Positions 1 to 10,600 of a stretch of DNA of 28,849 nucleotides are shown here, in pieces (the first letter of the stretch is position 1; each line of letters begins with the position of its first letter). Under the pieces are notes generated by a model that saw nothing but the letters and a program-made list of their open reading frames with translations, had not been told where the DNA came from and ran no database searches. The stretch spans positions 1-28,849 of the IMG/VR virus record IMGVR_UViG_3300033388_000633. One strand, 5' to 3'. Source of the DNA: a virus (Duplodnaviria; Caudoviricetes). Made by a program: the position numbers and the translations under genes.

Positions 1-2
1 TT

Positions 3-1739
3 GGTTATGTAGACCCCGCTACTTTTGTGTGGAGCTACACAGAAGATCCTTTCTTTAAGGATTGTTTTTATTTTGGAGAAGTAAAGCAAGTTCCCTTAAC
101 TGAGTTATTGAAAATAAAGCCTGATTTAACTAGAGATGAATTAAAAGAAATTCAAGAACTGGGGTCTGCGTGGTTTAATTATTATGGAATGATTAGACCT
201 TACATGAATGATTTGTTTAATAAGGATGTGGTTACATTACTTTATTTTAATTACAAAACATTTACCAATGTAGTTCATAAGAAAAAGAAGAAAGAGAATG
301 GTGGCGACAGGGTTATATTAAGAGATGAAGGATTTAATCCGCCAGAAGAAACGGAAAACTTCTCTAAAATTCACCAAAAAGATGAGGTGTGGTATGAAGG
401 TATAATGGTAATGGGTAGTAGTTATTTACTTCAATGGGAAATAGCTGAAAACATGGTAAAACCTGATTCTGCCACTCAAAGAGTAAGACCAAACTATGTG
501 TTGTGTGCTCCAAGAATGTATAAAGGAGCTATTGATTCTTTAGTTAAAAGAATGATACCATTTGCGGATTTGATTCAAATGACACACCTGAAACTACAAC
601 AAGTAATTTCTCGAGTGGTGCCAGATGGTATATTCATAGATGCTGATGGATTAAATGAAGTAGATTTAGGAACGGGCGCTGCTTACAATCCAGAAGACGC
701 TCTTAAGTTGTATTTTCAAACGGGTAGTGTTATTGGTAGAAGTTTTACTCAAGATGGAGAGTTTAATCATGGGAAAATTCCTATTCAAGAACTAGGAACA
801 AGTAGTGGCCAACAAAAAATGGCCGCTTTAATTGGTAACTACAATCATTATCTAAATATGATAAGGGACGTGACCGGACTTAATGAAGCTAGGGACGCCT
901 CTACACCTGATCCTAATTCGTTAGTTGGTCTACAGAAATTAGCAGCCCTTAACTCAAACACTGCTACTAGGCATATATTGGACGCTAGTTTATTCATTAC
1001 TAGGACATTAGCTGAAGATTTATCTTGTCGTATTTCTGATATATTAGAATACGCTTCATTTAGAAATCAATTTGCTAACCAGATAGGTAAAAATAATGTA
1101 GCAATCTTAGAAGATATAAAAAATCTTTACCTACATGACTTTGGTATTTTCATTGAAGTGTCTCCAGATGAAGAACAAAAATCTCAACTTGAAGCTAACA
1201 TCCAAATGGCTCTTAGTAGAGATCAGATAGATTTAGAAGATGCAATTGATATTAGGGAGGTTAAAAACCTAAAAGTAGCTAATCAGTTACTTAAGTTGAA
1301 AAGAAAAAGAAAAGAAGAAAGGGATCAAGCAAGAGAAAATGAGAAAATGCAAATGCAAGGAGAGGTTAATCAACAATCTGCTCAAGCTGCGGCATCTGCT
1401 AAAATGGAACAAATTCAAGCTCAAGCTCAAGCTGATATTCAAGTTCAAGAAATGGAGGCTGCTTTTCAAATTAAAAAAATGCAAGGAGAGGCTCAATTGA
1501 AAAAAGATTTAATGAAGGTAGAGTTTGAGTATAATATGCAACTAAGAAAGGTAGACTCAGACAACATTAAAGGGAGAGAAGAGATGAAAGAAAAGGCAAA
1601 AGATAAAAGAATAAGCTTAAACAACTCTGAACAATCTCAACTTATTGAACAAAGACAAAATAAAGGACAGCCTAAGAATTTTGAATCTAATGAAGATAGT
1701 TTAGATGGTTTTGATTTTTCTGAATTTAATCCACGTTAA
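3..1739 (+). CDS. Portal protein, 5'-truncated (gene begins upstream of the window)
   Basis: Frame is open from base 3 (GYVDPATFVWSYTEDP), so the GTG at 27 is not the true start. Motifs IRDVTGLNEARD and LHDFGIFIE and a Q/E/K-rich C-terminal coiled coil resemble crAss-like/Bacteroidota phage portals. It lies directly upstream of scaffold and MCP. Confidence 0.85.
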   Translation, partial: GYVDPATFVWSYTEDPFFKDCFYFGEVKQVPLTELLKIKPDLTRDELKEIQELGSAWFNYYGMIRPYMNDLFNKDVVTLLYFNYKTFTNVVHKKKKKENGGDRVILRDEGFNPPEETENFSKIHQKDEVWYEGIMVMGSSYLLQWEIAENMVKPDSATQRVRPNYVLCAPRMYKGAIDSLVKRMIPFADLIQMTHLKLQQVISRVVPDGIFIDADGLNEVDLGTGAAYNPEDALKLYFQTGSVIGRSFTQDGEFNHGKIPIQELGTSSGQQKMAALIGNYNHYLNMIRDVTGLNEARDASTPDPNSLVGLQKLAALNSNTATRHILDASLFITRTLAEDLSCRISDILEYASFRNQFANQIGKNNVAILEDIKNLYLHDFGIFIEVSPDEEQKSQLEANIQMALSRDQIDLEDAIDIREVKNLKVANQLLKLKRKRKEERDQARENEKMQMQGEVNQQSAQAAASAKMEQIQAQAQADIQVQEMEAAFQIKKMQGEAQLKKDLMKVEFEYNMQLRKVDSDNIKGREEMKEKAKDKRISLNNSEQSQLIEQRQNKGQPKNFESNEDSLDGFDFSEFNPR

Positions 1740-1757
1740 TCTTAAAAAAAAGTTTAT

Positions 1758-1765
1758 TATCTTTG
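1758..1765 (+). promoter_or_regulatory. Bacteroidota-type -7 promoter element TATCTTTG (TAnnTTTG)
   Basis: Intergenic, 20 nt upstream of the ATG at 1786. The identical 8-mer occurs in three other intergenic gaps. Confidence 0.75.
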
Positions 1766-1785
1766 TATAACTTAAATATAATATA

Positions 1786-2862
1786 ATGGATAAAATACAA
1801 GTAAAAATAGTAGATGACACTATAGAAGATAAAGGGGTTCAGCAAATTGAACAAGAGTTGGTAGATAAACACAACAAAGAAGTTGCTGAAGCTAATGAAG
1901 AATTAAAAGAAGAAAACCCTGAAACGGAGGGTATAAATGACGTTGACGTTCTTTCATATATTAAAAATAGATACGATAGAGATATCAAATCTATTGATGA
2001 GTTGTTTGACGCGAGACAACAAAATGAAGAGTTACCAGAAGATGTGGCTAGTTTTTTTCAATTTAAAAAAGAAACAGGTCGAGGAATGGAGGACTTTTTA
2101 AAAGCGCAACAAGATGTAGAAGATATTTCAGATACTGATTTAATTTCTAATTATTGGAGCGACACTCAACCTCACTTAGACGGAGAAGATATAAAATTTG
2201 AATTTAATAATAAATTTGGATTTAATCCGGATGAAGATGATGAGTCTTTTGTAAGGGAGAGAAAAATCGCTAGAAAAGCAGAACTTGCTAAAGCTAAGAA
2301 ACACTTTAAAGAGCTTCAAGATAAATACAAAACACCTTTATTTGAGTCAAATACTGGTGAATTTACCTCGGAAGATCACAAAGAATTTCTAGCTTACAAG
2401 GAAGCTCAAAACCAAGCACGCACCCAGCAAGAAGAAAGAAGCCGGTATTTTACCGAAAAAACTAATGATGTTTTTAATGATGAGTTTGAAGGTTTCAACT
2501 TTACTATTAATGACAACACTTTTTCATATAAACCGGGGGATGCTAATAAAATGCGTGAATCACAATCTGATTTACAAAATTTTATGAAGCAACATTTAAC
2601 TGATGAAGGGTATATTGCAGACGCTAGAAAGTATCATAGAGCCTTAGCGGCAGCTATGAACCCAGATGCATTTGCAAGATATTTTTACGAGCAGGGTCAG
2701 TCGGATCAAGTTACCGAATCAGCTAAAAGATCAAAAAACATTAACATGGGAGATGATTTAAGGCGATCACCACAAGGAAAAATTTCTAGTGGTTTCAAGG
2801 TAGCAAGTGTTCCTACTAGTCACGGTAATGGGCTACGAATAAGAAGTAAAAATAAAAACTAA
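1786..2862 (+). CDS. Putative capsid scaffolding/assembly protein
   Basis: 358 aa, highly acidic and helical with a basic C-terminal tip (GLRIRSKNKN). It lies between portal and MCP, the usual scaffold position. Confidence 0.65.
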   Translation: MDKIQVKIVDDTIEDKGVQQIEQELVDKHNKEVAEANEELKEENPETEGINDVDVLSYIKNRYDRDIKSIDELFDARQQNEELPEDVASFFQFKKETGRGMEDFLKAQQDVEDISDTDLISNYWSDTQPHLDGEDIKFEFNNKFGFNPDEDDESFVRERKIARKAELAKAKKHFKELQDKYKTPLFESNTGEFTSEDHKEFLAYKEAQNQARTQQEERSRYFTEKTNDVFNDEFEGFNFTINDNTFSYKPGDANKMRESQSDLQNFMKQHLTDEGYIADARKYHRALAAAMNPDAFARYFYEQGQSDQVTESAKRSKNINMGDDLRRSPQGKISSGFKVASVPTSHGNGLRIRSKNKN

Positions 2863-2880
2863 AATTTAAAATTTAAAATT

Positions 2881-4302
2881 ATGGCATTAAATGTACCAGG
2901 GTTTCAATTAGAGCCCTCAGCGGAGAAAATCGCTACTGCCTCAAATTATATCACAGATTTTAATTTTATGAATCAGTATTTACCTGATACATACGAGAAA
3001 GAATTTGAGAGATATGGTAATAGAACGATTTCGTCCTTCCTTAGAATGGTTGGCGCTGAAATGCCTACTAACTCTGACCTTATTAAATGGGCGGAACAAG
3101 GTAGGTTACACACCAAATATGAAGGTTGCACTTTTGGCGCGTTTGCGGCAGGGCAACAAACTTTTACTGTAGCAGGTGGTGCAAATTGCAACTTTAGAGT
3201 TGGACAAACAGTAATGTTGTCTTCTGAGCAAGTAGCAAGTGAATCAGCAAAAGCACTAATCGTAACAGCAGCTTTAAATTCTTCAACTTTTACAGTGGCT
3301 TACTACGATGCTTTGGTAGCGAGTCCTTTTACAGGGGCTACATTAGGAGTTACTGCTTTCGTTTATGGTTCTGAGTTCCGACAAGGAACTGCCGGAATGG
3401 AAGATTCTTTAGAGGCTCAAGATGAGTTCTTTGACAACAAACCAATTATCATTAAGGACAAGTACATTGTATCTGGTTCTGACATGGCTCAAATTGGTTG
3501 GGTTGAAATTACAACAGAGAACGGAGCAAACGGATATCTATGGTATTTGAAATCAGAACACGAAACTAGACTTCGTTATGATGATTATCTAGAAATGTCA
3601 ATGATTGAAGGTATCCCTGCTGAAGCGGGATCTGGAGCAGCAACTGCATTAAATGCAACGACAGCATATCCTGCTGGTTCGGTATTGGATGTAGGCGCGG
3701 GTACGCAAGGTCTTTTTGACGCTGTAGAACAACGTGGAAACGTATGGACTGGAGCTGGACCTGTTGCTTTAGCTGACTGGGATACAATTGTAGACCGTTT
3801 AGATAAGCAAGGATCTATTCAAGAGAATGTAGTGTTTGTTAATAGAGATTTCGGTTTTGACATAGATGATATGTTAGCTGCTCAAAACTCTTATGGCGCA
3901 GGCGGTACTTCTTTTGGACTGTTTGATAATGATGAGGAAATGGCTCTTAATTTAGGTTTTACAGGGTTTAGAAGAGGTTACGACTTCTACAAAACTGACT
4001 GGAAATATCTAAATGATATTACTTTAAGAGGTGGTCTTGTTGGTGGTAAAGTTAATGGAATTATGGTTCCAGCTGGCTCTACAACTGTATACGATCAAGT
4101 TTTAGGTAAAAACGCTAAGAGACCATTCTTACACGTTAGATATAGAGCTTCAGAAACTGAAGACAGACGCTACAAAACTTGGTTGACTGGTTCTGCTGGT
4201 GGAGCAAGAACAAGCGATCTAGATGCGATGGAAGTTAACTTCCTATCTGAAAGAGCATTATGTACTTTAGGTGCAAATAACTTTGTGTTATTCAATGCTT
4301 AA
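2881..4302 (+). CDS. Major capsid protein (HK97-fold, crAss-like type)
   Basis: 473 aa. Motifs YLPDTYEKEFERYGNR, WAEQGRLH, VYGSEFRQG, GYDFYKTDWKYLND and LCTLGANNF are recognisable from this phage group. Followed by a hairpin. Confidence 0.88.
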   Translation: MALNVPGFQLEPSAEKIATASNYITDFNFMNQYLPDTYEKEFERYGNRTISSFLRMVGAEMPTNSDLIKWAEQGRLHTKYEGCTFGAFAAGQQTFTVAGGANCNFRVGQTVMLSSEQVASESAKALIVTAALNSSTFTVAYYDALVASPFTGATLGVTAFVYGSEFRQGTAGMEDSLEAQDEFFDNKPIIIKDKYIVSGSDMAQIGWVEITTENGANGYLWYLKSEHETRLRYDDYLEMSMIEGIPAEAGSGAATALNATTAYPAGSVLDVGAGTQGLFDAVEQRGNVWTGAGPVALADWDTIVDRLDKQGSIQENVVFVNRDFGFDIDDMLAAQNSYGAGGTSFGLFDNDEEMALNLGFTGFRRGYDFYKTDWKYLNDITLRGGLVGGKVNGIMVPAGSTTVYDQVLGKNAKRPFLHVRYRASETEDRRYKTWLTGSAGGARTSDLDAMEVNFLSERALCTLGANNFVLFNA

Positions 4303-4322
4303 TTAGATTTCTAATATAACCC

Positions 4323-4353
4323 AAAGCCCCATGTAATGTGGGGCTTTAATTTT
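4323..4353 (+). terminator. Probable intrinsic terminator/attenuator after MCP
   Basis: Inverted repeat AAAGCCCCAT...GTGGGGCTTT (one G-U pair) followed by AATTTT. Confidence 0.7.
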
Positions 4354-4374
4354 AATACAATAAAATATAATATA

Positions 4375-5124
4375 ATGAAACCAAAAAAATTTACACCTCA
4401 AGATAGGATTTATCGTCTTAAGACAAAACAAACTCCTTTAGCGCTATTAATCGACACAGGAAGCGCAAAAAAGAAACCCCTCATTGTGTGGGATGAAGAA
4501 AAACAAGAAAATAGAGCTATTCGTTACGCAGCTAATCAACGTACATGTTATGTAGATGAGCAAGATGGAAATGCTGTTTTATCACCTATTATTTTTGAAG
4601 ATGGTTTTTTAATGGTCCCTAAAACCAATCCAGTCTTACAACAGTTCTTGCAAATGCACCCAAGAAACAATTCATTGTTTGAAGAGGTTAATGAAGAAGC
4701 TAATGCTAGTGAGGAATTACACTATATGGATATGCAAGATGAGGCTAGGCAAATAGCTAAAGACTTGACTATAGATCAAACCGAAATGATTGCTAGAATT
4801 TTAATGGGAAGTGAAGTAGAAAACTTAAAAAGCTCAGAATTAAGGAGAGATGTTAGGTTGTACGCAACTCAAAATCCAGGAGAGTTTTTAGAACTTTTAG
4901 ATGATCCAGACATTAAATTAGAAAACGTAGTAGCTAAAGCATTAGATGGTAGATATATCGCTTATAGAAACAACAAAAGAGATATTCACTGGAACTTAAA
5001 AGAGAATAAAAAAAGACTCATAACGGTACCTAAAGATGTAGAGCCTAACAGAGCTTTAGTGTCTTATTTATTATCTGAAGAAGGGGAAGAAGCTTTAACT
5101 ATACTTGAAAAATTAGTTGAATAA
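4375..5124 (+). CDS. Conserved hypothetical protein downstream of MCP (head-associated/assembly)
   Basis: The ORF-track start at 4336 lies inside the terminator hairpin. The ATG at 4375 (MKPKKF) has an A-rich leader identical to that of the 1786 gene. RAIRYAANQ and IIFEDGFLMVPK resemble the conserved post-MCP gene of this group. Confidence 0.7.
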   Translation: MKPKKFTPQDRIYRLKTKQTPLALLIDTGSAKKKPLIVWDEEKQENRAIRYAANQRTCYVDEQDGNAVLSPIIFEDGFLMVPKTNPVLQQFLQMHPRNNSLFEEVNEEANASEELHYMDMQDEARQIAKDLTIDQTEMIARILMGSEVENLKSSELRRDVRLYATQNPGEFLELLDDPDIKLENVVAKALDGRYIAYRNNKRDIHWNLKENKKRLITVPKDVEPNRALVSYLLSEEGEEALTILEKLVE

Positions 5125-5130
5125 TTTTGT

Positions 5131-5138
5131 TATCTTTG
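5131..5138 (+). promoter_or_regulatory. Bacteroidota-type -7 promoter element TATCTTTG
   Basis: Intergenic copy of the repeated motif, 30 nt upstream of the ATG at 5169. Confidence 0.7.
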
Positions 5139-5168
5139 TTAAATATTAATAACTAAAAACTTTTAAAA

Positions 5169-5672
5169 ATGTCTAATTATATTTCAATACCTGTTGCCGC
5201 ATCACCAGCTTCTGGAACAACTTCAGGAACATCCGCTGATCAATTAGTTGATGCAGGGCAAGATTTTTTAACCTCAGTCACTGTAGGTGATGTAGTGTGG
5301 AACACCACTGATGAAACATCAGCTATTGTTACTAATGTAGTAGATGATGATACGCTAGATCTTTCTGATGATATTATAGTGAGTGGAAATACTTTTATCA
5401 TATTATCTCCTACCGAAGTGGCTTCTAGTCAACTTGTGAACGGTGAGTTAGTTGTTTTAGTGGTTGCGTCTAGCACTATTGAAACAGTTCTATCTCTAGG
5501 TACAGCAGCTAACAACACTGTAACTATTGCACACGCTCCTAACGCAAACGCAGCGGAACTTATTCAGGACGCTATTTTAGCTCCTAAACAAAACACTAGA
5601 CCTTACCAACCTAATGCTTCAGTAGAAGGTGGTTCAGATGGTCTATTAGTTGAATCTATAGCTGTAAGTTAA
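5169..5672 (+). CDS. Putative virion accessory/decoration protein (beta-rich)
   Basis: 167 aa, rich in S/T/V/D. LVDAGQDF...VTVGDVVWNTTD resembles a small beta-barrel module seen in phage structural proteins. Flanked by its own promoter-like motif and terminator. Confidence 0.55.
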   Translation: MSNYISIPVAASPASGTTSGTSADQLVDAGQDFLTSVTVGDVVWNTTDETSAIVTNVVDDDTLDLSDDIIVSGNTFIILSPTEVASSQLVNGELVVLVVASSTIETVLSLGTAANNTVTIAHAPNANAAELIQDAILAPKQNTRPYQPNASVEGGSDGLLVESIAVS

Positions 5673-5719
5673 TTGTTTGCCTGTATTTAATTAGGCATTT
5701 TGTAATGGCAATTCAAGAG

Positions 5720-5751
5720 AAGGGCACTCCAAAAAGAGTGCTCTTTTTTTT
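5720..5751 (+). terminator. Rho-independent terminator
   Basis: Stem AAGGGCACTC / GAGTGCTCTT with loop CAAAAA, running into an 8-nt T tract. Confidence 0.85.
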
Positions 5752-5753
5752 GT

Positions 5754-5761
5754 TATCTTTG
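5754..5761 (+). promoter_or_regulatory. Bacteroidota-type -7 promoter element TATCTTTG
   Basis: Immediately after the terminator T tract and 16 nt upstream of the ATG at 5778. Confidence 0.7.
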
Positions 5762-5777
5762 TAGGAAATGATTCCTA

Positions 5778-6575
5778 ATGATAAATGAAGTCCGTAATAC
5801 AGTCCTAGCTCTTCTTAATAAAAACAACAATGGATACTTAACTCCAGAAGAGTTTAATTTATTAGCCAAGCAAGCTCAGTTAGAGATATATGAAGCATAC
5901 TTCTATAACTATAACGATTGGTTAAATAAACGTAACGCTAGAGTTTCTAATAGTGAATCAGCAGATATTGCTAGAGGATACATAGAAGTAATAGATGGTT
6001 TCAGAGAACCTAATGTACAATTAACTAAAGGGCTTTTAGGTAACGGATACTTTGAACTACCTAATAACTGGTATACTGTAGATGATGTTTATTTAGACCC
6101 TACAGGATTAGGTGTTAATTTTGAATCTTTTGTTCAAGCTGATAGAGTGAGCGCTACTAAAGCTTCTAGACTGTTAAGGTCTAACCTAACTACTCCAACT
6201 GTTGAATACCCTATTTATTTTATGGCTGAGGACACTAACAATCCCCAACCAGGAAACACCACTGAAAGTGGAATTAAATTTTATCCTATTTTCTTAAGCG
6301 ATGGTGTAACACCAGTTGACACAGGAGATGTATATATAAACTATGTAAGATATCCTTTGGACCCTAAGTGGACTTATCAAAGTATAGGTGCGGATGGGGA
6401 TCCTATTTTTGATCCAAATCAACCTGATTATCAAGATTTTGAAATACCTCTTGCTGATTTCATAGGTTTGGTTATCAAGATTTTAGAATACTCAGGATTA
6501 GTTATTAGAGAGCAAGAAGTTATGGCTTTCGCTAACTCTGAGGATATGGAAATTACACAACAAGATAATAGCTAA
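5778..6575 (+). CDS. Putative tail ring / head-tail adaptor protein
   Basis: 265 aa. NKNNNGYLTPEEFNLLAKQAQLEI and NYVRYPLDPKWTY resemble crAss-like ring proteins. First gene of the tail block. Confidence 0.6.
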   Translation: MINEVRNTVLALLNKNNNGYLTPEEFNLLAKQAQLEIYEAYFYNYNDWLNKRNARVSNSESADIARGYIEVIDGFREPNVQLTKGLLGNGYFELPNNWYTVDDVYLDPTGLGVNFESFVQADRVSATKASRLLRSNLTTPTVEYPIYFMAEDTNNPQPGNTTESGIKFYPIFLSDGVTPVDTGDVYINYVRYPLDPKWTYQSIGADGDPIFDPNQPDYQDFEIPLADFIGLVIKILEYSGLVIREQEVMAFANSEDMEITQQDNS

Positions 6576-7382
6576 TGGCATATATAACCGCATATCAATA
6601 CTATACTAATGGAGGTGTAGCACCCACTAATGCAAATTGGGGGAGCTATCAGTACGTTTCACTTAAAGACATTGTAAACAATTTTATGTTAATGTACCAG
6701 GGTGATGACAAGCTTCTAAATAACGTAAGCAAACATTTAGTTTTATTTCACGCTAAACGAGGGATACAAGAATTAAATTATGATGCTTTAAGAAGTATTA
6801 AGGTTTTAGAATTAAGCGTCTGTCATGATTTGAAGTTTATTCTTCCTCCTGATTATGTTAATTATGTAAGAATATCTTTAGAAGTGGGTGGCATTTTATA
6901 TCCACTGCATGAAAATTCCCAAGTTAATTACGCTACAGCTTATTTACAAGACAACAATTGTGAGGTTCTTTTTGATATTGATGGAGATGTGTTAGAGGCT
7001 GAAGAATCTGAATTAGTCAAAGCTAGGATTAAATACAGCCGAAGCTAATGTTAACCCTTCTTTTAGAATAGATAAAGCTGGAGGAGTTATAAACTTTAGT
7101 TCCGGGGTTAGAGATAAATTAGTAGTCTTAGAATATATTTCAGACGGAATGGAAAATGGAGATAACGCTAGTGTCACTATTAATAAACTAGCTGAAGAAT
7201 TTTTGTATAGCTATATTAGATGGGCTATTTTAGACAATAAAATAGGCGTTCAAGAATATGTAGTGAGAAGGGCTAGGAAAGATAAATGGGCTACTTTAAG
7301 GAACGCAAAAATAAGATTGAGTAATATTCACCCTGGCAGATTATTAATGCCTTTACGAGCACGTGATAATTGGATTAAATGA
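6575..7382 (+). pseudogene. Second tail ring/tubular protein, broken into two frames (6575-7048 and 7017-7382)
   Basis: The N-part ends ...SELVKARIKYSRS*. The +1 frame is open from 7017 and reads GLNTAEANVNPSFRIDKAGGVINFSSG...LEYISDGM straight into the 77-aa ORF. The two parts read as one protein. Confidence 0.7.
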
Positions 7383-7660
7383 AATTAACTAGAGGATTTA
7401 TAGCCGGCATTATGAATAAAGACCTGGATGAGCGATTGCTCCCTCCTGGTCAATATAGAGATGCTTTAAATGTAGGAGTTTCAACGTCAGCAGAATCTGA
7501 CGTGGGAGCTATTGAAAACCAATTAGGCAACACTAACATGTCTAATTTAACGTTAGATCCTAGCGCTGTAACAATAGGAGCTGTATCTAACGATTCTGAT
7601 AAGAATATTTATTGGGTATTAATATCATTAATGATTTATTATTTTGGACCGACAACTTAA
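7379..7660 (+). CDS. N-terminal fragment of tail stabilisation/nozzle protein (P22 gp10-like)
   Basis: FIAGIMNKDLDERLLPPGQYRDALNV...VGAIENQLGN is the typical N-terminus of these proteins. After NIYW the reading degenerates and the coding sequence continues in the -1 frame. Confidence 0.75.
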   Translation: MKLTRGFIAGIMNKDLDERLLPPGQYRDALNVGVSTSAESDVGAIENQLGNTNMSNLTLDPSAVTIGAVSNDSDKNIYWVLISLMIYYFGPTT

Positions 7661-10600
7661 ACCCACCTAGAAAGCTAAATGTAACTAGAAACTATTTAGT
7701 AGACGGTTTTGAGGAAGACGACATCTCAGTAATTGTTAAACCTCCATTATTTGCTCCTATAATAAATATGGGAAGCACGTTGCCTGTAGGTGGAGCAGGG
7801 AATATAACCGGTCAAGAAAACAACTTAGAAGAAACGTTTGTTGAGTTTTCTTATAGGTATAAGTACCTAGATAATGAGTATAGCGCCATGGCTCCTTTTT
7901 CCTCAGCCGCTTTTAATGCCTCTGTTTATCAATATGATTATGCTAATTGGTATTTAAAATCTATGACGAATGCCAATAATTTGGTGAACATAACTTTTAG
8001 AGTAGGGGGTCCCCAAGTAAAAGAAATACAACTATTATTTAGAGAATCCCAAAGCACTAATGTATATGTAGTAGAGTCTTATGACTATAGCGCGCCATTT
8101 AATTGGGATTTCGGAGACAACGCGCAGGCGGGCGCCTACGCAGCCGCAGTAGCCTTAACTACTTCTTTCCCTGGAAATGTGGCATTTACAACCCAACCGG
8201 GGTTTGGCTTTGGTTTATCAGGAGAAGGTATCCCAGATAGTTATGAAGTTGGTGACACTGTTTTCATTGATCAAGATCCAGGTTTTACTCATGCTTCATA
8301 CAATGGAGAACACATTATTGTAGAGATTATAGATAGGTATACTATTGTTATTGATGTATTATTCGCAGGCGCTACACCTGTGGAGTCGGGTTCAGTAACC
8401 CTTGAAACAAAAACGATTGAATTTGTCAATAATAAAATATATACCGTTTTACCTTCAGATGAGTTGGGTAGGCTGTTTGATAACGTCCCATTAAAGGCTT
8501 TAGGTCAAGAATTGATAGGTAGTAGATTGGTGTATGGAAATTATGTGCAATTTTTTGATTTAGTGAATCAAAACAATGAAGCTATAGCTTTAGATTTTGA
8601 CCTATATTTAGAATCTAGAGCGGTAGGAGGTTTGCCGGAACGAACTTTTAGAAGCGATAGAGATTATGAAATAGGTATTTGTTATTTAGATAGTTATGGC
8701 AGAATGACTACTGTATTAACTGCTCGCGAAAACAATCTTTATATTTCTCCCGATAACTCTAATTCAGTTAATGATATTCAAGTATACATTAATAGTCCAG
8801 CTCCATCATTTGCTAGCCATTATAGATTATACATTAAACAAGCTAAAGGAGATTATCAAAACATTATACCTTCCTTTTTTGTACAAGAGGGTTTAAAAAG
8901 ATGGTTTCAAATTGGCCCCGGAGATATAAATAAAGTAAAAAAAGGGGAATATCTTATTTGTAAACACACTCCAGAAGGACCCACTTTTAGTAATACTCAA
9001 TATAAAGTTTTAGACATTGAGTCCAAGCCAAAGGATTTTTTAAACATACCTGGCACGCCTCAAACAGCGGGGGTTTATTTTTGCATTAATGACCCTTCGG
9101 GCTTATTTAATACCGCTAGTTTAGATATTTACGCAACTACAAATAGTAGTGTTGGTGGACCGGTAGGATTTGCGAATTTGGGTAATATTTTTTATAGTCA
9201 AATAGATAATCCCATATTTTACGGGCAATCTACCACGGCAGACCGCGTAAAAGTCGTTGCTGTCCCTGGAATTGCAGCTAGTACAGCTCATCAGTCAGCA
9301 CAATACAAAGCCTTCAGAATTAAACTTACTGTAGTTAATGGGGCGACTAATGAATTTAAGTATGAATTTATGTCTCAGGAGGGAGCTTACTCCAACCCCT
9401 TAATGGTAGATACTTCGCTTAGTTCTTTCACACTAACAATGTCTAATAATCCAGCCGCCCCTAATATTTTTTATAACATAACAGTAAATTCAGTAGGGGC
9501 AGTAATCTATGGTGATCCAGTTGCCGCGGTTGTGTGGCCAGATTTACCTAACTCTTATTTAACTAACGACTATTTTATCATTAACGTACACTCGGAAGAG
9601 GCTAAATATACTCTTGATAATAACCTAAATGAAACCCAAGGGAGTGTCCCTGTGCCAGCCACCACCTTTTCCAATGTAGGATACCCTAAAGACAAGGTAA
9701 TACAAGCGGGCGCGCAGATTACTTTTAAGTTAACACATCACAGGTCTACTGGAGAGAATTATGAGGATCCCGCCCAGGTGTTTATCTCTAGCAAAGAATA
9801 TCTAAATTTAGAAGAATGGTTTTGGGAAGATCAAATTTATAGTGCGTTTAATAATCTAACTCCAGAGGGAACCTCCGGTGGATTTGGAGGGAATCAAAGC
9901 AATACAGGTGCAAGTTTAATAAGTTTTGCTCGAGCGTGGGCGACAGGTGTGAACTCAAGTGGAAACACTTATGATGTGTGGCAAAGTAACACTTCTGGAC
10001 CCTTTAGTGGTTACGCTAATTGGAATGAACTTTTAGTATCTGAGGGAAGTATTTGCATGAGAATTGGGACTCCGATAAGTGCTCTAAACGCTGGTACTGG
10101 AGTTGGTTGGTCTTTAACTGTTACTTTTGAAGTTATACAAACCCCAGGGTTGACAGTATTTGAAACCCTACCAGCTGATAATGTACCAGAAATTTACTTT
10201 GAAACCAATAAAACTTTTGCTATATCTAACGGTGTGCATGAGGGGAACCTCCAGAATCAAGTCTTAGGACAATCCCCAGCTAAAGTAAGCTTAAATCCAG
10301 GTGTACTTACAGGGGCGACCACAGAAGATAAAGAGAATAGCAACTTTAACGCATGGGTCTTTTCTAATGCCTTAGAAAGTTATCGAATTAAAGACGCTTG
10401 GAATGGCTATCAACTTAAATACAGCCCTAGAGCAAGTACCGTAATAGATGACTATGAAGAACAAAGGGCTGCTGAAGCTCTTACCTACAGTGGTATATAT
10501 AGAGAAAACACAGGTGTTAATAATCTAAACGAGTTTAATCTTTCTATAGCTAACTTTCGATACTTAGATAAGTTCTTTGGGTCTATTCAAAAACTTCATG

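Noticed and set aside
5678-5700. Weak hairpin TGCCT...AGGCA after the 167-aa gene
   Set aside because: Short stem, and a much stronger terminator lies ~20 nt downstream.
6970-6990. FDIDGD resembling the RNAP catalytic DxDGD motif
   Set aside because: It lies in a small tail ring-like protein with no room for double-psi beta-barrels; coincidental.
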